Assembly: GCF_046119375.1 (NCBI RefSeq)
Contig: NW_027362767.1
Coordinates: 247,194,001-247,258,000, forward strand
Reading direction: 5' to 3'
Source of the DNA: Phyllobates terribilis
Taxonomy: Eukaryota
Length of the DNA: 64,000 nucleotides
The first letter of the stretch is position 1. Each line of letters begins with the position of its first letter. Under the pieces are notes generated by a model, which saw only the letters and a program-made list of their open reading frames with translations, had not been told where the DNA came from and did no database searches. Below, one piece after another: positions 11,765 to 24,420 of this stretch. The position numbers and the translations under genes are program-made.

Positions 11765-14361
11765 ATAGTAAATAGGATATTGTAGATTGTGAGCCCTCGC
11801 GGGCAGGGTCCTCGCTCCTCCTGTACCAGTCGCTGTCACATTGTGTTTAAGATTATTGTAATTGTTCTTGTATTATATCCCTTTTTCACGTGTAAAGCGC
11901 CATGGAATAAATGGCGCTATAATAATAAATAATAATAATAATATGCATAAACATCACGTAATCGCCATATTGGTTGAAAAGACCAATTTTACTGTATTGT
12001 AAAACCTCTTGAGGCAATGACTAAAAATGACAGTAAAAAAGGGCCTAATAGAGAAGTGGTCAATGTACATAGGATATCAGGGAGTTAACATTTTAAGTGA
12101 CAGATTTTCTCATTGATCACGGTTGGTCTTTTACAGACAGGAAAAAATGCAATATATAGGAGGCATTTACATGTATTTTCTTTATTACCTGCACAAAAAA
12201 AGTACAGAACAGAAAAACATGTATATACGTAGTATGTATACAAATGTATTTTTGATATTTTTAATAATTTGGTCATGCTTTTTTAAAGTCATATTTTGTT
12301 TGATTTTTACATTTTTATTGAAAAAAAATATATAAAAAAAACATAAAAAAAAGCAAAATTTAATCAAGAGATGCCTGCCAGCTATGCTGTAAAAAAAGAA
12401 AATCAATATCTCTTCACCGCTGGTAAGTGATGGTTTCTAATGATGCGCCATGTCGGGAATGTACTAGTAATGCAGCTCACCTCATGGTAAAAAAAAATAA
12501 ATAAAAAAATGCTAATTTTACTGCACCTTATAGCACAGAACAAAAGAGAAGCGTGGCCACATTGTCATTTGGCAATGATGAAGCCCGGTGTACGGGAATA
12601 TCCGCCTTACTGCCATATATGATGTGCCGGACGGCGATTTCTGACAGATTTAACGTCTTCCGCATTGTAACACCATATTGCAGGGCAGACAATGCCGCTT
12701 TCTCAGACAGAAGTCAGTACACGGTAAGGCGACAGGCAGACATCGGGGGTCTTCCCGTTGATAATATGGCCGCAGCACCCCCCTCACTTCGAGCGGAGAT
12801 TTTTACACGACTAAAACAGATTTATCAAGATCACCAACGTTTCACACCGGTGACACATTGATAAATGACCTTCAGCTTTGAAAACGCCTCTATAAGCGGT
12901 AATTTAACGGAGAAAAAGGCAATGTTTTTTTTCTTCCTTCCCAACAGGAAAAGGGCATATCGTAAACCACAGAAGAAAAAAAAAATTATGATTCCCCCCC
13001 CCCCATGGGTTATTTTCTGTGAAAATGGAGCTGTAAAAGGTCCTTGTACCTTAAGAACAAATTCTATTACTGCGGGGACGCCTTGAAGGACTGCATGTTT
13101 TAAGGAGTAGACAACACAACTCGTCCAGTGGACTGGCAGAGGTGGACACCATTTTTTTTTTATTATTATATTATTATTTTAAAAATGTATAATATTATAA
13201 AAAAAAGTTTTACTTGAACATCACAAAAATAAAACAATTTATATTTACTACGCATGTAAAAAAAAAAATTGTGTTAATGCTCATGGGATTAGGAATTTTT
13301 CTTTTTAACTCTCAAAAACTATTTTTTTTTTTTCACCTTATTGGGCTTCACAATGCCTCATTAATTATAAGAAACGGATATCTTCTTTACAAGATGGTAG
13401 GATGCCATGTAGCTGCCTCCCATCCCCCTCCATGATGCCAATATGTCACCCCTTACCACAGCACACTGGCGTAGAGTCTGCATTAAAATAAGGAGACCTA
13501 TTGGTTGATCGTTACCGGCGCAGCCGTGTTGCGAAATGCGTCGACCCATAAATGTTCATATTATACCGTATTAACCCTGTGTATGCTGCAGGGCCGGTTT
13601 CTTAAAGAAGCAGATCTGTGAATTCAGGATGTGGCAGTAAAGTGATGCTGTACAATAGCTGCTGCCAGAGAAATGTCATCCGTCGGGGGGAACCTTTCCT
13701 ATCCCAATGAATCGATAGGAGATTCAAGAGCTCTTTTTTTATTACACTGTTACAGCAAACACTGCAGCAGTGTGGAGGCAGGACGATGGGGGGGGGGGGG
13801 AGAAGGACAGCGAGACACATGAAGCAATAGGACGGAGGTGGAGTTTTTCGCTGTCAGAGCATAAATTCCCTTTCCGGAAAACCCAGTAAGGTACTTAAAT
13901 GGCAGGGGTGAGCAATGGCGCGTTTGATGGCTACCAAGTGAAAAAAAAGACGCCGCAATCATCACCCACGACTTACGGGATTATTTTTCCGCGCCTTTAA
14001 TAAATCAAGATATTATGGCACATTTCACTCATGATCTTATCTGCAATACAATGCTGCTGCGAACTGAAACGCGTCGTGCGGTGCTAGGCTTTCAGAAAGC
14101 ATAAGGAAAGTCATTTTTCATCCCTTCTGTATGCCGATTGCTGCCGACTAGCGGCTTAATTCAGTCTGGTATTTGAAGAATAGAAAAAGGTCGGGTTATA
14201 GAATAGCAAGGGTACCCATTTTGCGGTCTTTACAATTGATGCAGTTCATAAAGCGGCCGAGTTCAGGTCATGACTCTTCGGATTGTCTCATTTTAAGACG
14301 AGAATGTAGATTGGAAAGTGAACCTGACGCAATTTAAAGGGGTAACTCCTGGCCCAATATA

Positions 14362-14367
14362 TTTATT
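14362..14367 (-). terminator. Candidate URM1 polyadenylation signal
   Basis: AATAAA on the minus strand about 350 nt after the stop codon. Confidence 0.4.
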
Positions 14368-14716
14368 GCAACCACGTGATCTTAGATCTACGTATCCCTT
14401 TAATAGGTTCACTGGAATGTATTATAATCAAGCAATTCCATGGAGAAGGTTGAAATTTGTCATATTTAATAAGAAAACGGCTCATGGTGTCCTTAATTAG
14501 GAGGCTCCCGGTGTAGCTGACATATTTTATAAGGCCACCGGTAAATGAGACGTCCGAGTTGTCACAGAGCAGATGGGCCTGACCTATTAGCTTGGAGGCA
14601 TGGCACGCGATGGGTCTTGGCAGACGTCACCTGCGGTAGGACTGAATAGGGACATACTGATATAGATGACAGGGATCCTTCCATGTGGATGTAATGGCTT
14701 CCTGCAGACTCTTCTT

Positions 14717-17700
14717 CTATCCGCCGTGTAACGTAGAGATGAATACGATGCTGTCTTGATCTTGAATCTTGTAATCCAGCTCACCCTGCGGACATAATGG
14801 GGAAACACAAGTGAGGCAAGAAACATCTTTTACATAGGACTGCACTATAACCTCCACATGGGTTTCCGAAGCCACATAGAGACGCCAGTACCCAGCTTTC
14901 TATAGACCCTGAATGGCATATATATCTGCACGGGTATGCTGAATGAATAGCCGGATGGGCGCTGTTAAGTCTACCATAGAGTTTTCCAATGACATGTACT
15001 TGTAACTGTCCTAAAAATTGAAGGATGAATTCACACTTGATTTGCACAGGTAAAATCCATTGTTACGGTAAAAGGCAAGGGTGTGTAATTTTACATATCT
15101 GCGTGGATTCCTACTAATTTTAAGGTACAATGAGTGAAATCCACATCACAATGACTACATATAATGCCTGGCATATGAAAACCTAACCCACAACGACAAC
15201 CGTCTCTAAGGAATCTGTGACCCAGCTTTCCTGATACCTATTAAAATATGGTGGTGGAACCCAACTGAGAGCAACATTTAGGCCGGGGCAACATTGACTG
15301 AAACACAGGTCATAAGACCAAAGATTGCATACGCCACTGCTACATAGCAGCATAATACAGTTAAGTGGGGTCGTATTGCAACCCACCAGTCTGACTTTTT
15401 GTGACTTGCTTGTCATGGTACCTTGCGGATCACCATGTGACCCTGTTCACTCTCACCGAGATGTAGAGGCGGCATAAGGGATCTTTGGCAGTGTGACCTA
15501 TGTCGCAGCCAAGTCACCGTCTAGCAGCTGTCTTAATATATGTTTCCATTGGGGGTCTGTCGGTAGGCAACGAATAAGGACATCAGTCAGAAACGCGTCT
15601 GCGGTTATTAATATTTGTGGATTTTAATGGACTTTTAATAAAAGAATAATTTTTTCTTGGACCCTTTGCTGGATTCACACGTTTTCTTCATGGTGGAAAC
15701 TTGCAATACTACAAAATCGTCCGGGCAATAGGAATCCATCTATCAATGGGTAAGTCTGTGGACCCTAACGGGTCTCACACTACTTTCTCTGTCAGTAGGC
15801 CTCCATATATTTGTGTTTAGTTAGGTTAAAGGAGTATCCCCATTTCAGTAAGTGATGACATATTGCTAGTATATGCCTTCACTTAATCATCACTAGGCTC
15901 CGGAGTGCTGCTTTAAGGTGTGTGCAGATAGGTAATAAGAAATATTCCAGCAAGAATGTTATCGGTGGGATAAGTGATGACTTCAAGATCAGTGGGGATT
16001 CCACATATCACCAGCTTGAACAGAGAGGTATTGCCAATGTCCAGCAACAGCTCCGTTTATTCTCTAAGGGACTGGCGGAGATAGCCGAGTACCCCCTAAA
16101 CATATCTTCCTCGGCACAAGGGAGAATTTTCCCAACACCCTCCGCAGCTGAGCAAAAAAAGGACTGATGGAGACAAAACGCTGAGGCCCAAACGTTCACT
16201 AGCGATGACATACCCTAGCGATACGCTATTAAGTAGTAAGATGAGAATACCGCTTTAACCTTAGTCAGAGCCTTGACAACTATTACAACCCAATATGGTC
16301 TCCAGATTAAATAACATTGCAAACACTGCCAACAAGAAAAGACAAAAAAAATCTGCTATAAAATAAAAGTAAAAGTGACCTAAAATCAGATTAATACAAC
16401 TATGCTCCGTCCTATTCAACACATAGCTCATAAAGCGGGCTAATTAAACAGGTTGGCACTCCACCCACGGAGCGACCATTTTGTTAATGGGGCTTGTTTT
16501 CAGGGGCGGGGAAGTGAAACCCCCCTCATTGTGTGTCCTTCTTATGTCGCTCACAATGTAAGTCAATGGGTGGCCTTCCTGCCCTTGACATACACTGTAA
16601 CCCAGAGGGAGAAAAGCAAGCTGGGATGCTTGTACTGTCCCGCCCGCTGCCAGGCCGTGGCGACTTATTCTGCTTCATTACAACAAATGTGTAACTAGCT
16701 TTAATGAAGCAAATGAATGTCGGGCCCAATGTGGCTTTACTGTGCAGACTGGAGACCATTGCTACATCCTTACCATCAGCTCCCAGTCAGCATCATTAAC
16801 CAGAACCAGGATACCCGGCCGCCTGCAAGGGAAATAAACACACTGAATACATCGTCAATGATCGGGCATTTTAAGATGGTGAAAATATCAATTAATGGAG
16901 GGGGTAAGGCCCAAAAACCTCCAGATCAATACTGAAGAGCTTAAAAAACAACAGCAGTCTGAGGAAGTCGCACTAATGCCCTCAGGTATACTGCTATGCC
17001 TAAATATATGCTTCATCCCCCTCATCATGCTGTGGGGGGGGTCAAGGACTTTGATTGATCAAAAATGTATGGCCAATCCTAGAGATAAGCCATCAGTTAT
17101 CAGACCTGAAAAAAAACTCTTTAATCCCTTAGTGCACCCTGACATACTGGTACATAACCAATCAGAGTGCACTTGTACGGAGCGGGCTCAGGGGCCGAGC
17201 CCGCTCCACACTGGGCAGGAGCAGGGGCCGAGCCCGCTCCACACTGGGCAGGAGCAGGGGCCGAGCCCGCTCCACACTGGGCAGGAGCAGGGGCCGAGCC
17301 CGCTCCACACTGGGCAGGAGCAGGGGCCGAGCCCGCTCCACACTGGGCAGGAGCAGGGGCCGAGCCCGCTCCACACTGGGCAGGAGCAGGGGCCGAGCCC
17401 GCTCCACACTGGGCAGGAGCAGGGGCCGAGCCCGCTCCACACTGGGCAATATCTGCCTCTAGCAGCTGCGATTAAAGCCAATTCCAAATTATTGGAATTG
17501 CCGTCTTTTGGTAACCACACCTCCCCCCAAAAAAAAAAAAATTAATAAAAGGCGATCGAAATGTCATACATACATGTTTGATACTGCCGTAATTGTATTG
17601 ACCCGGAGAACCACGTTATCAGTTCATTTTTACCATACAATGAATGTCATATAAAAGGAAACCCAAAAAATAATGGTGCAATTGAATGTTTTCTTTTTCA

Positions 17701-20211
17701 ACATTTCACCGCACTTGGATTTTTCTGTTTTCCAGTATATTGTATGGAAAAGTGACTGGTGTCAATCAAAACTACGTCTGCAAAAATGAAAACACAAGCT
17801 TTCATACAGCTATGTGAACTGAAGAATAAAAAACATTATTGCTCTCGGAAGAAGGTGCAGAAATGAAAAAACTGACTGGTCCAGAAGGGGTTAACCCTAA
17901 GATCCCACTACTACATACTACTTAATCCCACTTTAGAGGTATATTTTGGTGAATGTGAGGCTTGTGTGCGCGGCCTGCGAGCTGTCCGTCATACTCACAC
18001 TGTATCCCCCTGAATAAATAGCTCGGGGCGTTCTTTCAGCAAATTCTCTTTTATCCAAACGAGCAAGAGCCTGATGTCCCCTGACAGGAAACAGAAGACG
18101 GTTACATAGCAGACACTACCCCGTGAATGCAGACCTCATACTGAAACACGATAAGAAAGCCAGGAGAAAAAAAAGGATTTGGGGCGTTGATGTCCAACAT
18201 GCAAACAGGGGTTATAGGGGCACCATTTAGTGAATTTCTAAGCACCCACAAACTCTCCTGGTGACAGGGTCCCAGTCACTTGGGTTTTTTTCTGTCTCAC
18301 CCCCCAACCACCTACCCAGTGAATGTCTCTTTTTCTCTCCCCATGACACTAGCTTTTTCATCTCTCTTCCACTTTCTTCATGGTGGAACCTCTAAATCAT
18401 CAAAAAGTTGGCCATATACTGGCTGACGGCTAATCTCCCGACCCCCCATACATAAGCAGGCTTGTCATGTGTTTTCAATGGTAGATAGAACAAAGCGGCC
18501 ACCAGAAACTTGTGGCATCAACTTATCTTCTATGGGAACAAAGGATGGGGCATGTTGAAGTCCGACATGCCCAATCCTTTCTTTTCCCAACATCTCCTCC
18601 ACTACTCATGCACATTAGACAGTCGGCCAGTAAAATTGAGCAAAAAGATTTGCCTGGCATCCAGTCCGATCCTCCGTCGCAGCCGGACCAGGGTAGTCTT
18701 CACTTCTGCAGCCGGTATCCTGGGCACCACTTGCACTTACTATACCCTGCAGCATGATGTCGGGGGCCTAGTAAGCACAAGAGGCGCCCACAATGTCAGA
18801 CCGAGAATGCTGGACTCAGATGTGAAGGCAGTCCTGGTCAGGCTGCCGGACTAGGGGCGAGCTCGCATCTATACACCGAAATCCACAACTTTCACCTGAT
18901 GAGTATGGCCGCCATAAAGTACACGTTAACTCCTTACTTTCAGACATGATCGCACCATTTCTCATGCTTATGGTTGCAATCTACCATTTGAATGACGATT
19001 TAAAGGGACCCAGCACCCAATGCTTTATGCGTTATCTCACGTTTGCTGCCTACTTGACTGCAATCTATTGTTCCCTGTTATCAGTCAAAAAAAGCTTAAG
19101 AGGAATAACTGGTGCGTTTCGTCTAAAGAGGTAATGCCCCAGTCGTGTGATGTCATCATCAGTGACATCATCACACCAGGAAACAGAAAGCAAAAGAGAC
19201 CATTGAGCCACCTCGGGCAGAATTTTGAGGATAAATATATTACAATCCCCCCCCCCCCAGGGGTTTACTGTAATAGGATGCCCTCTGCTTTAAGATACCA
19301 ACAATATTCCCAAGGACCCATCTGGAAACGAGAGTCAGGGCTCATTATAAAGGTCGGCTGGGAAATACTAAGTTGCAACTAAAGTGGGGGGGAACCAATT
19401 TAGCGAGGTGTAATATATAGTCTCACACATGGTTCATATGTCATGGATCAGTGCACTGGCAGAATTGCCGTCCACCCCCCCCCCAGCTTTCCCAATATGG
19501 TGCATTGGACATGACGCCCGCTGCGGAGAGGGCGGAGTGCTGTACGTATGATGGAGAGCGGCGCTGGTCACTGCAGGGTCAGGCGCAGGGATAGGAAGGA
19601 TCGTTTATCAGCCTGACTTAGGAGGGTCAGAGGGTTCTGCATGGTTCCCACCCGCCCACATTCCCGGTCCGGGGATGCTATTGTATAGACGGGTTACCAT
19701 GGAGAGCCCAGCATCACTGCGCTTCTCCCATTGTTCCCAGTCTGGGAAGGGGCCATTGCCTCCGTCTAATAAGTAACCACAAAGCTATTACCCTGGCGTA
19801 GTACAGTACAGCTCCATCCAGTAACACAATGGACTTTCCCTTAAAAAAAAAATTGACAGTATATCTTCTTCTGGGAAAGCTGGATTACAACCTAAATGGC
19901 CGTCATTACAGCAAATTTCATATATACTCAGTTGTATGGTGATCTATTTGATGCTCAGGAAAATAAGAAAGTTGGGTCAGTAAAACCAGCCCCTAAACAT
20001 AATGGATAAGCCAGGTATGGGTATCGGTTTGCCACAATTTTGGCTACAGTCACCTTGCACCATGTGTCACAAGGCAAATTTCCAATTCAGTTATTATATT
20101 AATGTTGTGTGATGTCATCACGCCAGGAACAGAAAGTGAGAGACCACTGAGGCCTCTGGGGAAGGATTTCCAGGATATGGAAGCAGTAATGGTGACTCAG
20201 CTTTCCCAGGA

Positions 20212-20243
<32 letters not shown>

Positions 20244-23200
20244 AAAGATAAAACATGCTATAATAATTTAATTTTTGGGAGAATTTTTTTTTTGCCTCTG
20301 CCGGTTCAGTTTTTGCCTCCAGACCCAAGTTGTCAGACAAGACTCCGAATCCCTGGGTGGGATCGATAGAAAGATAATAGGGTGGCAAGAAAACTTCACA
20401 GATGTGTTGACTCTTTGTTTAATTAACCAGAAAGTGGTCCTTTTGAAAAAGCAATTTCGCACAGGGGGCTCAGCGCTGAGCAAACAGTGCCGGTCAGTTA
20501 GCAGGAGGGGGGCCAGAGGAACAGCTGGCATCAGCTTCCATGTGAACTGCATCCTAATCAGTTTAAATGGCTCACACCAGAGTCCACCCCCGCATTATGC
20601 AGCATCCTGACAATAAATTCCATAGAGGCGGGCGAGAGAGATCACCCGGCTTCTGACAGCTTTTTCCCGGACGCTCCTCTATGCAGCCTCCATCATCATG
20701 GCTTCCAAATAAACATTCTCAGGGAGAGGCTGACATCACAGCGCTCGCTTACATCACTCGTCACATGCTACATTGCCCGTCTCCACCTCATGATCAACGT
20801 TTGTGTTTGCCCTATATTAAAAAAAAAAAGCCGGCCTGGGCACCTAAGTGGGTGATGTTTGAAATGAAAGCGCCTTATATACAAACCCCCCCACCCAACA
20901 ATTATCATGGCGAATCGAACAGCGGTTACTCACAAGGATCGGGTCGGGTGGGTAAGGTCACGTGATGCAGTTTGATTCCCTGGAACAGCAGCTCTGCGCC
21001 ACCTCTGAAATAAGATAATAAAAACATGAGATATGCTGACATGGCGAGCACAGAGGAGGAGGGGGTGTCACACAACAGAGCCAGCCGCAGACAAAGGCTT
21101 CCCCGCAGGCTCCCGCAGGACACGGGCCCGGGATTAGCATTTCTATGTCAGGCTCTCTAGGGCACGAATGAAAAGTGAAACAAGTTTGGGCTGTGAGGAG
21201 GAAGAAAGTGGCATGGCGGTACTATTTTATGCACTTGGAGGGCGACGCAATGTATTAAGCTAAATATTGGGAAAAATTATTTATATATCTATCATAAAAT
21301 TGGGTCCAAATTTTGCAACGTATCCGATATATCGATAGCACATAATGGGGCATGACATGAACCATATTCACTGGGAGGGGGGTCTACATAATTAGCCTCA
21401 TATATATATCCATCAAAAAAAGTATGGAGGCAGCACACAAAATGGAATAAAGTGATGTAGTTTAATAGCCCATGTGGCAACATTTCGGTCCACTATTGTA
21501 GCTATTTATTCCATTTTGTGTGCTGCCTTCATACTTTTTTGGATACTTTAAGGACTGGTATGTAGCTGGTATTTTTTTTGCACCTAAACATCCTTCTTGT
21601 GTGTTTAAATATATATATATTATATAGTTATACGACCTTAGGTCCACTACAACATCCAGCAGCAAAGAATGTTTAAAGGAAACACAAAATAAAAAAAAAG
21701 TTTCCTATCATAATGTCTCATACAATTCAGGATATTACCGAGTCCTCTCAGTAAGCTAGGCATGCGCCAGCTTCACCATCTGACACCGCTGGACCCCCAT
21801 GCTCCTGGGCAAATCACTTACTACAATGGAGAAGGCCTAGTATACTCCATATGCATTTCCCGCGCAAGACAGGAGACGACAGAGAAATTCCAAGGACAGA
21901 AGGGGAAGGACTGGCAGGCAACTTTTTGACTCTGTCGATCAGGAAGTTACAGAACAGTTTAAAAAAGGCATCTATCCATGCCGACAACACCACAACCTTT
22001 ATCATGTACAAAATCTGTCAGTCTACAGTTTGACCTATATGATTTAGTTGTCCACCTTTGGGGACAATTTAATTTTTTCTTAAATGTATATAATTGGGGA
22101 AAAAACAACTATATTTTTTTACAATTGATTTTCATTAAAAATGTTGCATCTTTTATCTTTCATAGGCTTTTTGTTTCCCTGCACATTCAACATTGATGTC
22201 GTCTAAGGTCATAAATTAGCTGAGAAGAGCTCAGAAAAAAAAACAGACAAAAGTTACAATCTCCACGTCATTCAATCTGAATGAGCTCACTGATTGATTC
22301 CCAGTTAACTCATTTTGCAGCCAGCAATAGACAATGCAATGCAGAGACTATAAAAAGTATATGGTGCAATTTTTTAATGAAACCTAATTGCAAAAAATGA
22401 GTTTTAGCCCCCAAAACAGGCATTAAAAATAAAATCCCAAAAGTGGACAACTTTCTTAAATTTCCAAGAGAAAAGTGGTTATATGAATGTAATCCCCACT
22501 GTTAATGAGTTTTATCCTTTTAACATTCCCTACTTGTTAAGGCTCTTCAGATGTCCCTGTTAATCGGTCCGATGTCTGATCGCAATGAAGGGACTGGCCG
22601 CACATCTCCTGACCAGAGCGTAACCGCTTCATATGTTGCTACGAGGCTGTCACGCTTGGGTCAGGAGATGTGCGGACAGTCCGTGTATTGCGATTCGACA
22701 TCGGACCGATTAACACGTACATCTGAAAGAGCCTTTTGAAGGGTGCCCCTGTGATCCGATATAGTCTGTGGGGTAACCTAGGAGAATTTTACCTGCAGCA
22801 TTACCACAACAGTGGAAATAAAAGGTATTGTCCCATCTAGGACTTTTATGGCACATCGCTAGGCTGCACCATGTCTGATAGATGGGGATCCCAGTCCCGT
22901 GATCTGTGCACAAATAGAGAGGTGGCTTCGCATGCACAGCTCTCTCCATTCATTTTTATGGGAGCTTTGAAAATTGCATGCTGTTACAGTGCTTCCCAAT
23001 AATAAGACTCACAAATGTTATTTAAGGCAAAGTCTGTGGATAAACCATAAATGTCTCCCCTTTAAGCATTACACAGTGCCCATTCATATTAATGGGTTGT
23101 TTGTGTAATGCAGGACAGGAGAGGTCCTCCAGAGTGAGAGGTATCCTTTGTAAGCTCTATAAGAGATGTGGATGCTAAACAGAGAGACCTCTCTATTAAA

Positions 23201-24347
23201 GTTGTAGTATTATGGCTGTGTAGGAGCTAGATACTTTTTTTTTTTTATTATTTTGAAAGATCCAATGTACCAGTTATGAGAAGTGCAGAAGCCCTATGCA
23301 AATGAGACTGGAAGTGCAATTGGGGCGTGTTCTTGCACCAGCATTCTTTAATAAAAGTGCATTGCCATGCCCCCAGTGCACTTTCAGCATGATTTGCATA
23401 TGGCTTCAACACTAGATTTTTCATGATTGGCCAAATGACCGAGACCTGTTGTGTGTGGCTGAACATTTATAAGTGTGAGCCCATTAAACGTCTCTGAAAT
23501 CGTGGTGTCTGGGTCCTTAGCCTTCCTCACTGCACTGATTGCAACCGGTGGGGGGGGGGGGTCTCAAGACCCAGAGTTACATAAAGAAAAAAAAAAAACC
23601 TTTAAAAGTTTATTTACACCTTAAAAGGGTTTGTCCAGGTTTGACACAAACGTCTGCAGTCGTTGTGGGACTGCAGACTACTGAATAGTGACAGCGTGCG
23701 TTGTGCACGCTGTCGGGATTCTTCAGTATTACCTGTGTGAGCGAGCAGTCAGGTGACCGCATGTATGACATGGCATGTAGACGTATTCCGTTTTTCTCAC
23801 TGCACATATATCGCGAGGCCGATTAAGTCTAGCCAGTATGTGTCCGCCAGCTCGCACGGGCAATACCAGAGAATCCTGACAGCGTGCACACCTCATGCAT
23901 CATATAGTGACAGCAGACTTTTATATTAAGCCTGGAAACCCTTTTAATTGATGTATACTGGTTATTTTTTATTTAAAACTGTTTTCGTAATTTTTACATT
24001 GGTAGACAACTTCTTTAAAAAAGGGTTTCCAACACATCTTAGTCAGTGGAGCCCAGTAATGCAGATTGATGCAGTCTTCTCCCCCAGCTCATTCCTTAAA
24101 CCAAGGGCGGCGTCAGGCAGGAGGGGTGCAGATTGCGGACCGGGGTGAGCAGAATGGGGATAGGGGCAGCTTAGAACTGCTGGGTGTAGATAAATTACGA
24201 GCAGATAATAGCCATGATATATATTACACACTGCGGTGTATGACTGGACACAGGAGGCAGCAGGACCCCTTCGTCGCCTATTACAGAATAATCGGCCGAT
24301 TCCATCACTTACCCGAACTCCAGCTGCACACACATGGGCGCCGCCAT
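14717..24347 (-). CDS. URM1: Ubiquitin-related modifier 1, 5 coding exons: 24313-24347, 20934-21004, 17999-18080, 16774-16822, 14717-14785 (306 nt, 101 aa)
   Basis: Spliced translation [101 protein letters not shown]. All junctions are GT-AG and phase-compatible, the C-terminal GG is intact, and the protein matches URM1 as I recall it. Confidence 0.97.
17121..17894. mobile_element. TTAA-flanked non-autonomous DNA transposon (piggyBac-like) carrying the 33-bp VNTR
   Basis: TTAA-TCCCTT at the left end and AAGGGG-TTAA at the right. The internal AT-rich sequence resembles segments near 12100-13260, 25350-25600, 36480-37670 and 53000-53420. Confidence 0.55.
17189..17448. repeat. 33-bp VNTR, about 8 near-perfect copies, URM1 intron 3
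   Basis: Unit CAGGGGCCGAGCCCGCTCCACACTGGGCAGGAG. This explains the [11 protein letters not shown]-type ORFs. Confidence 0.97.
22541..22733. mobile_element. Short palindromic MITE in URM1 intron 1
   Basis: GGCTCTTCAGATGT ... ACATCTGAAAGAGCC inverted termini. Confidence 0.6.
23621..23947. mobile_element. TTAA-flanked MITE (Kolobok/T2-like)
   Basis: TTAA-AAGGGTTTGTCCAGG ... CCTGGAAACCCTT-TTAA, with internal inverted symmetry. The family assignment is inference. Confidence 0.7.
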
Positions 24348-24420
24348 CTTGCTCTCACCACCGGAAGTCGCCGGCCTCCAGCACCGGAAGTGCTCGCAGC
24401 CAGGCGGTTGTCATGGTGAC
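24340..24420 (-). promoter_or_regulatory. URM1 GC-rich promoter: YY1 motif over the ATG, two ETS/GABP sites and an RFX X-box-like site
   Basis: GCCGCCATCTT 24340-24350; CCGGAAGT 24361-24368 and 24384-24391; GTTGTCATGGTGAC 24407-24420. Confidence 0.65.

Noticed and set aside
16000-16300. Possible L1/Tx1 ORF2 remnant
   Set aside because: Only a vague resemblance, with no diagnostic motif.
16895-17545. 216-aa ORF with [11 protein letters not shown] repeats
   Set aside because: It is a 33-bp VNTR inside a transposon, antisense in URM1 intron 3.
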